From Gammaproteobacteria bacterium (GTDB lineage Bacteria > Pseudomonadota > Gammaproteobacteria > Ga0077536): a stretch of DNA of 64,000 nt. How positions within the stretch are numbered: the stretch's first letter is position 1; every line of letters begins with the position of its first letter. The notes below the pieces were generated by a model. It did no database searches, was not told the origin of the DNA, and saw nothing but the letters and a program-made list of their open reading frames with translations. Below are positions 51,511 through 61,105 of this stretch, piece by piece. Made by a program: the position numbers and the translations under genes. The DNA lies in the NCBI GenBank assembly GCA_965223085.1, contig OZ244981.1, forward strand, positions 182,747 to 246,746, read 5' to 3'.

Positions 51511-52385
51511 ACTTTTCCCACCACCGTATCGCCTACCCGTTGCACGTAGTCGACGATCTCCTGCGTAGTGACCTCTAATGACAATAGCGCCTCGTCAGAC
51601 GTCGCGGGAAACAATAAAATGAGGCGGTCGACACCTAACTCGGCGTACGCACGTGCCGCCTGAAGATCGATATTACCGCGCGGCGTGACGCTGATTTCAA
51701 GTTCGCCCAGTTCTGCGGGTCGTGTGTGCATATCTCGCGCCCGACGCAAGCCGGCGAGACAATCGCGGGTCGCATCCATATCGAGCCCGAAGCCATACCA
51801 CCCTGACGCGTGGGTAATGGCCCGTTCAAACGCACCCGGCACGTGGCCGCCAAATACCACCGACGGTCCATTTTCTTGTCGCGGTCGCGGATAGGCTTGC
51901 ACGTCATCGAACGCAACATATTTGCCCTGATAACTTGGTTGCGCTTGGTTCCAGATTGCACGCATAGCTTCAAGGTATTCCAGCGTGCGCCCCGCTTTGT
52001 CTTGAAACGGGATCCCTAGCGCTTGGAATTCCGCTTGCAAGTATCCGATACCAATCCCAAAGATTAAGCGCCCTCCCGTTAACACATCCAAACTCGCCAG
52101 TTCTTTCGCGAGCACCAGCGGATTACGTTGCGGCAAGATAATGATGCCGGTGCCAAAACGGATCTGGCGAGTCTGGGCGGCGAGAAACGCAAACGTGATG
52201 TTCGGATCGAGCATCGGATAATCGGGTGGCAGTGGTGAAGGTGGCTGCTGCGGCTGCGGTAACACTACGTGCTCACCCGCCCACAGGGATTCGAAACCCG
52301 CCGCCTCTGCCGTCGTCGCAACACGTTCAGCCGCATCCGGCTCCGCCAGAGGCCCCATGTTGATGCCAAATAATGCGATCTTCAT
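51507..52385 (-). CDS. LLM-class oxidoreductase, short subfamily
   Basis: MKIALFG...ESLWAGEHVV..., GIGIGYLQAEF. Confidence 0.75.
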   Translation of the reverse strand: MKIALFGINMGPLAEPDAAERVATTAEAAGFESLWAGEHVVLPQPQQPPSPLPPDYPMLDPNITFAFLAAQTRQIRFGTGIIILPQRNPLVLAKELASLDVLTGGRLIFGIGIGYLQAEFQALGIPFQDKAGRTLEYLEAMRAIWNQAQPSYQGKYVAFDDVQAYPRPRQENGPSVVFGGHVPGAFERAITHASGWYGFGLDMDATRDCLAGLRRARDMHTRPAELGELEISVTPRGNIDLQAARAYAELGVDRLILLFPATSDEALLSLEVTTQEIVDYVQRVGDTVVGKV

Positions 52386-52409
52386 CGCGTTTACTCCTCG
52401 CCATACCAC

Positions 52410-53972
52410 TCACGGTCGCAGCGTAAATCCAGTTTGACCGTTGAGACTATCAAGCTGGGGTTGAATTCGCCCCACCCACTCACACAACAAGGGGCGCGTT
52501 TCACGCGGATCGATCAGGTCGTCGACGGCGAACGATTCCGCCGCGCCGAGCGATGAACGCATCGCAGCGAGCCGTGTTTCAAGCTCTTCCCGTTTCGCCG
52601 CCGGGTCTGCCGCGGCGGCGATTTCGCGCCGGTAGGCGACGGCGACGCCACCCTCCAAAGGTAAGGGACCAGATTCTACCGAGGGCCAATCGAGCACATA
52701 AGTATGGGGTCCAAAATGTGCCGCCCCCGCAACACCATAGCATTTACGGATCCGGATCGAAGCCCAGGGCGTACGTGCCTCCGCGGCGGCGGCAACCGCC
52801 GCCATGCCAAAGCGGATCGTGGCGGCATGTTCTGCTTCCAGACCGATCATGAAACCGGGTTCATCGACAAAATTCACTAACGGCAAATGAAACGTGTCAC
52901 AGAACTCGATCATGCGGCGCATCTTCTGCGCTGCGGCGGCGGTCATCGCACCGGCATAATAATGAGAATCGTTTGCAGTGATGCCCACTGCTTGGCCGTT
53001 GATTCGCGCAAGTCCAGTCAATAAACCCGGCCCATAATCCCGTGCAATCACGAACAACGAACCTTGATCGACGACTAATTCGAGCAAGTGTTCTATGTCA
53101 AACGCATGGCGACGATTACGCGGGATAATCGTCGCTAGTTCTTGCGCGCAACGATCGGTGGGATCCACGCAAACCTCGCGCGCTGTCCGCTGGCAGACAT
53201 GCTGGGGTAGATAACTGAGAAAACGACGCATGGCGGCAAACGCTTCCTCTTCCGAGTCCACGACATTGTCTACTACACCCGAGGTCGCATGCACAGCTGC
53301 CCCGCCGAGTGCTTCTTTAGACAATGTCTGCCCCAATGCCCGTTTCACTAAGGCCGGACCACCGACCATTACTTGCGATAAGCCGCGCACCATGACGGAA
53401 AAATGGGACGCCACGAGGCGCCCGGCTGGGAAACCCGCTACCGGCCCTAACGCCGCTGAGACAACGGGCACTTGGGCCATTGCTTGCGCGATAATGGCAA
53501 AGCGCGGTGCCGCATAAATCGGTTCACCAACGGTGCGCGACTTCTTCCCATCGGATCGCGAAGTATCGACGCTGCCACCGCCACCCTCGAGAAGACGCAC
53601 GAGCGGCATGCGGTGCCGCACGGCGAGATGCTCGGCAGCAACGCTTTTACGCAAACCCGCGGCATTGGGCGAGCCCCCGCGCAGGGTAAAATCTTCACCA
53701 CCCACGACAACCGGGCGCTCATCGATGCGACCAAAACCGAGCACATAGTTCGCTGGTGTGTACGCTGTCATCTCGCCATCGTCGTCCAATTCAGCCGCGC
53801 CCGCGAGGCGCCCTTGTTCGCGAAAACTGTCCGCATCGAGCAATTTTTCGAGCCGCTCACGCACCGTTAAGCGGCCCTGTGCATGTTGGCGGGTTACGCC
53901 CTCCTGGCCGCCCAGGGCCTGTGCTAACTTCCGCCGTCGGTAAATTGCGGCGATTTCTTTGTCCCAATTCAT
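52410..53972 (-). CDS. Acyl-CoA carboxylase carboxyltransferase subunit (PccB/AccD5-like)
   Basis: 520 aa with two crotonase-like carboxyltransferase halves. Confidence 0.8.
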   Translation of the reverse strand: MNWDKEIAAIYRRRKLAQALGGQEGVTRQHAQGRLTVRERLEKLLDADSFREQGRLAGAAELDDDGEMTAYTPANYVLGFGRIDERPVVVGGEDFTLRGGSPNAAGLRKSVAAEHLAVRHRMPLVRLLEGGGGSVDTSRSDGKKSRTVGEPIYAAPRFAIIAQAMAQVPVVSAALGPVAGFPAGRLVASHFSVMVRGLSQVMVGGPALVKRALGQTLSKEALGGAAVHATSGVVDNVVDSEEEAFAAMRRFLSYLPQHVCQRTAREVCVDPTDRCAQELATIIPRNRRHAFDIEHLLELVVDQGSLFVIARDYGPGLLTGLARINGQAVGITANDSHYYAGAMTAAAAQKMRRMIEFCDTFHLPLVNFVDEPGFMIGLEAEHAATIRFGMAAVAAAAEARTPWASIRIRKCYGVAGAAHFGPHTYVLDWPSVESGPLPLEGGVAVAYRREIAAAADPAAKREELETRLAAMRSSLGAAESFAVDDLIDPRETRPLLCEWVGRIQPQLDSLNGQTGFTLRP

Positions 53973-54027
53973 TTAAGCTAGATCCGGCAACTCACGCTAC
54001 GTGTTATTGAACCCCGAGAGCTATTTT

Positions 54028-54672
54028 ATGCGCAAAGCCGATTGGTATTTCGATTTCATCTCACCGTTCGCCTACCTGCAGTTCTCGCAGTTGAACGCCT
54101 TAAAACCCCGTCTCGATATCAGCTTAAAACCGGTGTTATTCGCCGGTCTGCTGCAACACTGGGGTCAACTTGGTCCCGCTGAGATCCCGACTAAACGCAC
54201 TTTCACTTATCGTTACGCGCAGTGGCGTGCACAACAACGTGGGCTAAATTTTAAGACACCGCCCCACCATCCGTTCAACCCGCTGCCAGCACTGCGTTTA
54301 GCGCTTGCGACCGAGAATCACTTCCGGGCAGTGGCATTGATCTTCGATTACATTTGGGGCCAGGGTAACACCATTGAAGATGAGGCCATCATCGTAACGC
54401 TCGGCCGTGCGATCGGTCTCGAAGACCCGCTCGCTGCCATCACCGCGGAGACAACGAAAACTGCCTTGCGTGAAGCAACCGACACCGCTATCGCCACCGG
54501 TGTGTTTGGCGTCCCCACGTTCGCCATCGATGGTGAATTATTTTGGGGTGACGATGCGACCGAGATGGTGGGAGATTTTCTCGACGATCCCCACCTGTTC
54601 AAGACTACGGAAATGCAGCGCCTTACGAACTTGCCCATCGGACAGGCGCGCACGCACCCGCGGCGCAAGTAA
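54028..54672 (+). CDS. 2-hydroxychromene-2-carboxylate isomerase family (DsbA-like) protein
   Basis: DFISPFAY N-terminus; GVFGVPTFAIDGELFWGDD. Confidence 0.7.
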   Translation: MRKADWYFDFISPFAYLQFSQLNALKPRLDISLKPVLFAGLLQHWGQLGPAEIPTKRTFTYRYAQWRAQQRGLNFKTPPHHPFNPLPALRLALATENHFRAVALIFDYIWGQGNTIEDEAIIVTLGRAIGLEDPLAAITAETTKTALREATDTAIATGVFGVPTFAIDGELFWGDDATEMVGDFLDDPHLFKTTEMQRLTNLPIGQARTHPRRK

Positions 54673-54829
54673 GCGCACCGCGCGAGGCCCGTTGATCCAT
54701 TGCCACGCCGGGCGAACTGCGTATTATCCTCAGCATAAGCGACGCCGGAGCTGGATATTGCACGAGGCGCTCGCTGCGCATACGCTACTTGATTGATGCA
54801 AGGGGTTTTCATCGTTCGATGGGGAGCGC

Positions 54830-56131
54830 ATGATGTCTCACTCTGTTGACGAAATCGACATCCATTCGCCGCAGCTATATGCGGAGCAGGGTTATCCCTG
54901 GGCCGCTTGGGACTTATTGCGTCGCGACGCGCCGGTCTACTGGTATGAACGCAACGACATCGAACCATTTTGGGCGGTGACGCGTTATGCCGATGTGATG
55001 GCGATTTCAGATCACCCGCGAGTTTTCATCAACGGTGGTCCACGATTGCGGCTGGCGCTAAAGGGGGAACCGGAGTTATTGCGTGGCGGGCTTGATGAAT
55101 TTGGCGAATCACGAGGCTGGGATCCCCAGGAGCCACCCGATATTACGTTCATGGATGATCCCCGTCATCGCAAATTCCGCAAACTGTCGAGTTGGGCATT
55201 CACCCAAGGTTGCATGCGGGAGATGGCGACGCATCTAGACGAACTCGCCGAGCGCTTTACCGATGAATTCGTCGCGCGATTGGAGGCGGCTACTTCGACG
55301 ACAGCGGTATGTGATGTAGTACAGGAATTGGCAGCTAAATTGCCACTCGCTGCGATTGGAGAGATCCTTGAATTACCGCCCGATGATTGGAAAAAGTTAT
55401 TAATCTGGTCGAACGCAATCATCGGCGAAGTCGAACCGCTGCACGTCCACGCGGGCGAGACTGTAGCGCAGGCAGCAGCACGTAACATGTACGAGTTTCG
55501 CCTCTACTTAGAAGCGTTGATTCATCAACATCGGAGGCCAGGTGGCGGGCCCTCCGGCTTTGTCAACCGTCTTCTCTGCGCTACCGTCGACGGCCAGACA
55601 TTGAACGATCAGCAAGCGATCGGTTATCTGTTTTTGTTAATCGGCGCGGGTAATGACACGACCCGAAATGCAACCACCGGTGGCATCGTCGCTTTGTTAG
55701 AACATCCACAGCAACGCGATCTCCTGTGCGCCGAACCTGCACTGCTCGGACAAGCCAGCGCCGAAATATTTCGTTGGACTTCCCCCGTTATTAGTTTTTT
55801 GCGCACCGCCACCGAAGATTATGTATTGAACGGCACGACGATACGTAAAAACGATACCGTGTGTATGTTCTATCCCTCCGCGAATCGCGATGAACGTGTC
55901 TTCGATGCGCCCTACCGCTTCGACATACGCCGTGACCCAAACCCCTACATCACTTTCGGCTACGGCGCACACTTTTGTCTCGGCACTAATCTCGCGCGCG
56001 CCGAGCTCGGCGCCGCGCTAAAGGCGTTGTTACCGGTACTGCCGCACCTCGAAGTCGCCGGAAGTGGGCGCCGTATCGCCAATACGCATGTCTCGGGATA
56101 CGCCTACATGCCGGTGCGGCTCGCGGCATAA
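54830..56131 (+). CDS. Cytochrome P450
   Basis: FGYGAHFCLGTNLARAE heme loop. Confidence 0.88.
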   Translation: MMSHSVDEIDIHSPQLYAEQGYPWAAWDLLRRDAPVYWYERNDIEPFWAVTRYADVMAISDHPRVFINGGPRLRLALKGEPELLRGGLDEFGESRGWDPQEPPDITFMDDPRHRKFRKLSSWAFTQGCMREMATHLDELAERFTDEFVARLEAATSTTAVCDVVQELAAKLPLAAIGEILELPPDDWKKLLIWSNAIIGEVEPLHVHAGETVAQAAARNMYEFRLYLEALIHQHRRPGGGPSGFVNRLLCATVDGQTLNDQQAIGYLFLLIGAGNDTTRNATTGGIVALLEHPQQRDLLCAEPALLGQASAEIFRWTSPVISFLRTATEDYVLNGTTIRKNDTVCMFYPSANRDERVFDAPYRFDIRRDPNPYITFGYGAHFCLGTNLARAELGAALKALLPVLPHLEVAGSGRRIANTHVSGYAYMPVRLAA

Positions 56132-56435
56132 CTAACCCGGATATAGCACCACGCGCACCCTGCGTTGGTGCCCGTAGCTCTAGGTCACGCGCGTTTTCAT
56201 TGCTTAGCGGTGCTGATAGCCATGCTCCCAACGGCGTTGCACGGGTGCACCACCGCAACGCTATAGAGAGCCTGTGCGGTAGTTTTCAACGGACGCGTTA
56301 TCTTAATCACCTGCGCGGTGAGCCCTGAATCTAAATTATTCGTATTGCGAATGATTCTCATTATTGTTATGATTTTTATTATAGTACGCGCGATCGCGTC
56401 GCGGTCGTTAGCGGATTTCACACGTAAGAAATAAG

Positions 56436-58727
56436 TTGATAACGGCAGGTTTTTTTGTGTTTTCTAGCATAACGCTGCGTTCAAGCTACGGCCTCGGCAC
56501 CTTCTACACCCTGCTCCTCGGCGCGGTAGTCATGGCAGCGGAGCCTAGCCCCCGCACGCGGGCTGTCGAACAGGTGCAAGTCATCGGCACGCCCTCGCAA
56601 CGTTTCGAAATTCCCGGTTCTGCGCATGTGTTGGATGACCGCGACATTCGCGCGCAAAGCTATGACGACATCAATCGCATCCTGCGTAAAGTACCCGGTG
56701 TATACGTGCGCGAAGAAGATGGTTTCGGCCTGTTCCCCAACATTTCTCTCCGCGGTGTCGATACTTCGCGCAGCGCAAAAATCACTTTGATGGAAGACGG
56801 TGTACTGACCGCGCCGGCGCCGTATGCGGCGCCATCGGCTTACTATTCACCGACTGCAGGTCGCATGAGCAGTTTGGAGGTTCTAAAAGGTTCCAGCCAA
56901 GTTAAATATGGTCCGCACATCACAGGCGGCGTGCTAAATTATCTTTCCACTGACATCCCGCAAGCACGGCACGCCTACATCAAAGCGCTCTACGGCAGCG
57001 ACGACGAGATGCGTGTGCATGGGTGGTGGGGTGATTCTCTCACCACCGAACATGGGCGCATCGGTTATGTGCTCGAAACATTTTTTCGCACAACGGACGG
57101 TTTTAAGCGCATCGATGCCGCGCCGGGATTCGGGGGCAGCGACGAAACCGGTTTCACGAACATCGAACCGATGCTCAAGATCGCTTTCGAACCCAATGCA
57201 TCGCTCTATCAACGGTTTGAAGCGAAGCTGGGTTATAGCAACATGGAAGCAGATGAAACTTACTTGGGCTTGGCGGACAATGATCTTAAACAATCGCCGT
57301 TTCGTCGCTACGCGGCTTCGCGGTTCGATAACATCGACACCGAGCACTACCGTAGCTATTTGCGTTACTACCTCGAACCGAGCGCCGACGTGGCCGTCTC
57401 TATCACCGGCTACTACAATCGTTTCGCGCGTGACTGGTTCAAGCTTAACGATCTACGCAGTGTCGGTACTGGCGGCAATATGAGTTTATCGGCCGCGTTA
57501 GCAGGCGCTGCGAACGGCCAAGGGCTCGCGTGCCTGCAAGCGCGACTCGATTGTGTGCTAAGAGTCCGACACAACGATCGTGCCTATAAAAGCTATGGTG
57601 TAGAACTCAAAACCGATTGGCGCCTGCAAATTGGTAATGCGGCACATAGAGTCAGCGCCGGCATACGCTATCACGAAGACTATGAAGACCGTGAACAACG
57701 CAACGAGCGCTACACGCAAAACACGGCCGGCTTCATTGTCGATCGCACTCCTGGGCTTGCAGGCGATGCCGGCGATCGGCGTGATTCTGTCGACGCAATT
57801 GCATTCTACCTCCAGGATTCTATTACCTGGCGTGGTTGGACTTTCGTTCCTGGTTTGCGCTTCGAGACCTTAGATCTCGAACGCGACGATCGGCGCAACG
57901 ATACGCTTAAGAGCGCCGAGCTCGACATGTTCGGCGGCGGGCTCGGTATATCGTATGCGGTAGGCGAGGACCTGCTGCTGTTTGGCGGTATTTATCGCGG
58001 CTTCTCACCCCCTAGCCCGGGTGCCGCGATAAACAATCGCTTGAATGAAGAAACGAGCTGGTCTTACGAAGGTGGTTTGCGCTACGCCCGCGCAAACGGC
58101 ACGGTGGCCGCGGAGCTAGTGGGCTTTTACACTCAATTCGACGATCTGATTGTCGTCGACAATATCGGCGGCACCGGCACGGGGAATACTCAAAACTTCG
58201 GTGAAGTTGATACCTTCGGCCTAGAGCTCTCAGGCCAATACGACCTCGCGACGCACTCCAGCGGGGAATATTCAGCGCCCCTGTTTGTGGCTTTTACATG
58301 GACGAAAGCAGAGCAACAAAACGATGCCGTGTCCACCGATCCGGAATCGATTTTCAGTTTCGGAGCAGATGGTAATGAGGTACCGTATATTCCCGAAATC
58401 ACCGTTACCGTCGGCGCCGGCCTGCACCTCGAGCGCATAGGCGGCGAAATCGTCGCAAGCTTTAGCGATGAAACCTATACCAGCGCGAACAACGTCAGCA
58501 TTCCCGTCAACGGTAACGGCGATCTCGACGCGCGTTTCGGCCGCACGGACAGCTACTGGACCGTCGATCTCTCAGGCTACTATCGACTAAGCTCCACAAT
58601 TAAGCTGCTCGGCGGCATTCAAAACCTACTCGACGAAGAATACATCGTCTCACGACAACCGCACGGCGCACGCCCGGGCCCAGGGCGTTTCAGCTATGTC
58701 GGAGCCGAGTTCGAGTTCGACTTATAG
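56436..58727 (+). CDS. TonB-dependent outer-membrane receptor
   Basis: 763 aa with plug plus 22-strand barrel architecture and a C-terminal aromatic-rich beta strand. Confidence 0.8.
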   Translation: MITAGFFVFSSITLRSSYGLGTFYTLLLGAVVMAAEPSPRTRAVEQVQVIGTPSQRFEIPGSAHVLDDRDIRAQSYDDINRILRKVPGVYVREEDGFGLFPNISLRGVDTSRSAKITLMEDGVLTAPAPYAAPSAYYSPTAGRMSSLEVLKGSSQVKYGPHITGGVLNYLSTDIPQARHAYIKALYGSDDEMRVHGWWGDSLTTEHGRIGYVLETFFRTTDGFKRIDAAPGFGGSDETGFTNIEPMLKIAFEPNASLYQRFEAKLGYSNMEADETYLGLADNDLKQSPFRRYAASRFDNIDTEHYRSYLRYYLEPSADVAVSITGYYNRFARDWFKLNDLRSVGTGGNMSLSAALAGAANGQGLACLQARLDCVLRVRHNDRAYKSYGVELKTDWRLQIGNAAHRVSAGIRYHEDYEDREQRNERYTQNTAGFIVDRTPGLAGDAGDRRDSVDAIAFYLQDSITWRGWTFVPGLRFETLDLERDDRRNDTLKSAELDMFGGGLGISYAVGEDLLLFGGIYRGFSPPSPGAAINNRLNEETSWSYEGGLRYARANGTVAAELVGFYTQFDDLIVVDNIGGTGTGNTQNFGEVDTFGLELSGQYDLATHSSGEYSAPLFVAFTWTKAEQQNDAVSTDPESIFSFGADGNEVPYIPEITVTVGAGLHLERIGGEIVASFSDETYTSANNVSIPVNGNGDLDARFGRTDSYWTVDLSGYYRLSSTIKLLGGIQNLLDEEYIVSRQPHGARPGPGRFSYVGAEFEFDL

Positions 58728-59029
58728 ATTAACGCCGTCGCCGCCTCCGCGTCATCCTAACTATGAAGGCACGCCACCCCGCAGCTGTGGCGGGATCCGG
58801 TCATGCCGCGTTAGCGGTCCGCGGCGTTGAATTCGGGTATGCTGGCGATCGAGATCCATCGATGAGTTGGCCGCGTGAACCTGCAAGCCTTTAGATCATA
58901 CTTGAGCACTATGCGTTCGGTACGCCGCAAATTAGGTTTCTCCAAACCTCTACGGCGCAAGCTTATTTACGCGTGCATCGATGTGGCGGTGCAAGCACCT
59001 AGCGGTACCAACGACGAGTTATTCAACTA

Positions 59030-61105
59030 GTGTCTAAGCTCAACATCGGTATCGACGTTGGTGGTACCCATACTGATCTCATTGCCGTACGCGATGCTCG
59101 GGTGGTGCGCTCGAAAGCGCTCACGACTCACGACGACTACAGCCGAGGTATTTTTGACGCGCTTGAAAATGCTGCCAGCGAATTCAATTTCTCCGTCGAT
59201 GACATGTTGAGCGAACACACACAGATATTTGTCAATGGCAATACGATCGTGACTAACGCGGTAACTGAGCTCAAGGGTGCCAACGTAGGCGTACTCGTCA
59301 CTGCGGGATTTACCGACATTCCTCGCTTTGGCCGCGGCAATCGTTCAAATGTCTTCGACGATCACCTGCAGGTGAATCTGCCCCAGATCGTTCCTAAGGA
59401 AAATATTATTGCTATCGACGAGCGCGTCGATCGGGATGGCAACGTCGTCGTGCCTTTAGACCGCGCCCAAGTGCAGCGCGCGGTCCACACGCTATTAGCT
59501 GCCGAAGTCGACGCCATTGCCGTGTGCTTCTTATGGTGCACACGCAACGCCGCACACGAATGCGAGGCAGAAGAGATTATTCACGAGCTCGCGCCGCAAC
59601 TGTTTGTGACACGGTCGGTGGCGGCGGCGTCCGTATTCCGCGAGTACGAGCGCTGGATGACCGCGATTTTGAATTGCTACGTGCAATCACCGGTAAACGC
59701 CTTCGTGACGCGCGTCTCTGAAGGCCTACGCCAGCGTGGATACCGACACAACGTTGAGTTTTTCAACGGCCTCGGCGGGGTGTTGGGCGCCGCCGAGGTA
59801 CGCGACCTGCCGATCCTGCTCTACAGCTCTGGGCCAGCAGGGGGGGCGATCGGCGCCGCCGCGCTGGCCCGGCGTTATCGCATCGAGAGCTTATTATGCG
59901 GTGATATGGGCGGCACAAGCTTCGACACCACACTTGTGCATCGGCAGAAACCGAGCGTCGCGCAGCGTTGCCGCATCGGCCCTTTCGATACCGCGGTGAG
60001 TCTGTTGGATATCATTTCTATCGGCGCAGGTGGTGGCAGTCTCGTCGGTCTCGACACCCGGGGCGTACCTCAAATTGGTCCCCAAAGCGCGGGCTCCATG
60101 CCGGGTCCGGTGTGCTACGGCAATGGGGGTGTGGTGCCGACGATGACAGATTGCATGGTAAGCATGAGGTTCCTAAGAGCGGATAACTACCTCGGTGGCC
60201 GCCATCCACTGGATGTCGAGGCAGCCCGCAAGGCATTGGTCACAAGCGTCGGTGAGCCACTGGGATGGGATGCGGAACAAACTTCTAGCGGCGCCTACAA
60301 GCTTGCCGTAGCAAACATGGCCAACGCGCTTCGCAGCGTGTCGATTCGGCGCGGTCACGATCCGCGCAAATGCACCTTTGTCGCCTACGGTGGGGCCTTA
60401 CCGATGTTCGCCGCCGCGATCTGCCGCCAGCTAAACATCTCCGATTTGATCGTGCCAAATCACAGCGCGGCGTTTTCCGCCTATGGCCTCCTTGAAGCGG
60501 ATTATATACGGCGCAAGTCGATCACCGTTGGGTGGACGGTAGAGAATCGTGAGGCACTCGCTACTATCGTTGCTGCGCGGGACACATTGGTGCGTGAGGT
60601 GACAGCGGAAATCACTCGTGCCGGTTTTCCAAAGCACGCCGTGACGCTCCGACACGGCGCCGATTTTCGCTATACGGGACAATTAAATGAAATGTACATC
60701 GATCTGGCGTCGGACGACGTTTTGAGCGAGGGGCCCGGTGGCTTACGGGAAAAATTTGATGCCGCATATGAACAGGAGTTTGGTGCCGAGACCGCCTGGC
60801 GTAACGCGCCGTTGATGCTAATTAATTATGTCATCACCGGCATCGCTGTGCGTGACAAACCCCACTTTGATGCCGTTGTAGCGGAGCAACATCCCGCTGA
60901 TGAAGCTTTAAATGCCACCCGCTCGATGTTTCTACCCGACGTAGATGAATGGGTAGACACGCCGATTTATACTGCTGAGAAAATGAGCCCCGGTGCGTGC
61001 TTTGAGGGTCCCGGCGTCATCGAGGTTTCTGATACGACAATCTATGTACCGCATCGTGCGAGCGTGGAACGTGACGAATTTATGAACTTCAGATTGCAAC
61101 TATGA
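59030..61105 (+). CDS. Hydantoinase A / oxoprolinase / acetone-carboxylase beta-like subunit
   Basis: MSKLNIGIDVGGTHTDL is the ASKHA-fold N-terminus of the HyuA family. Confidence 0.85.
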   Translation: MSKLNIGIDVGGTHTDLIAVRDARVVRSKALTTHDDYSRGIFDALENAASEFNFSVDDMLSEHTQIFVNGNTIVTNAVTELKGANVGVLVTAGFTDIPRFGRGNRSNVFDDHLQVNLPQIVPKENIIAIDERVDRDGNVVVPLDRAQVQRAVHTLLAAEVDAIAVCFLWCTRNAAHECEAEEIIHELAPQLFVTRSVAAASVFREYERWMTAILNCYVQSPVNAFVTRVSEGLRQRGYRHNVEFFNGLGGVLGAAEVRDLPILLYSSGPAGGAIGAAALARRYRIESLLCGDMGGTSFDTTLVHRQKPSVAQRCRIGPFDTAVSLLDIISIGAGGGSLVGLDTRGVPQIGPQSAGSMPGPVCYGNGGVVPTMTDCMVSMRFLRADNYLGGRHPLDVEAARKALVTSVGEPLGWDAEQTSSGAYKLAVANMANALRSVSIRRGHDPRKCTFVAYGGALPMFAAAICRQLNISDLIVPNHSAAFSAYGLLEADYIRRKSITVGWTVENREALATIVAARDTLVREVTAEITRAGFPKHAVTLRHGADFRYTGQLNEMYIDLASDDVLSEGPGGLREKFDAAYEQEFGAETAWRNAPLMLINYVITGIAVRDKPHFDAVVAEQHPADEALNATRSMFLPDVDEWVDTPIYTAEKMSPGACFEGPGVIEVSDTTIYVPHRASVERDEFMNFRLQL

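Noticed and set aside
58728-59029. Terminator-like hairpin (CCCGCAGCTGTGGCGGG) after the TonB-dependent receptor gene
   Set aside because: Short 5-bp stem with a 7-nt loop and no U-tract. Not sufficient evidence.
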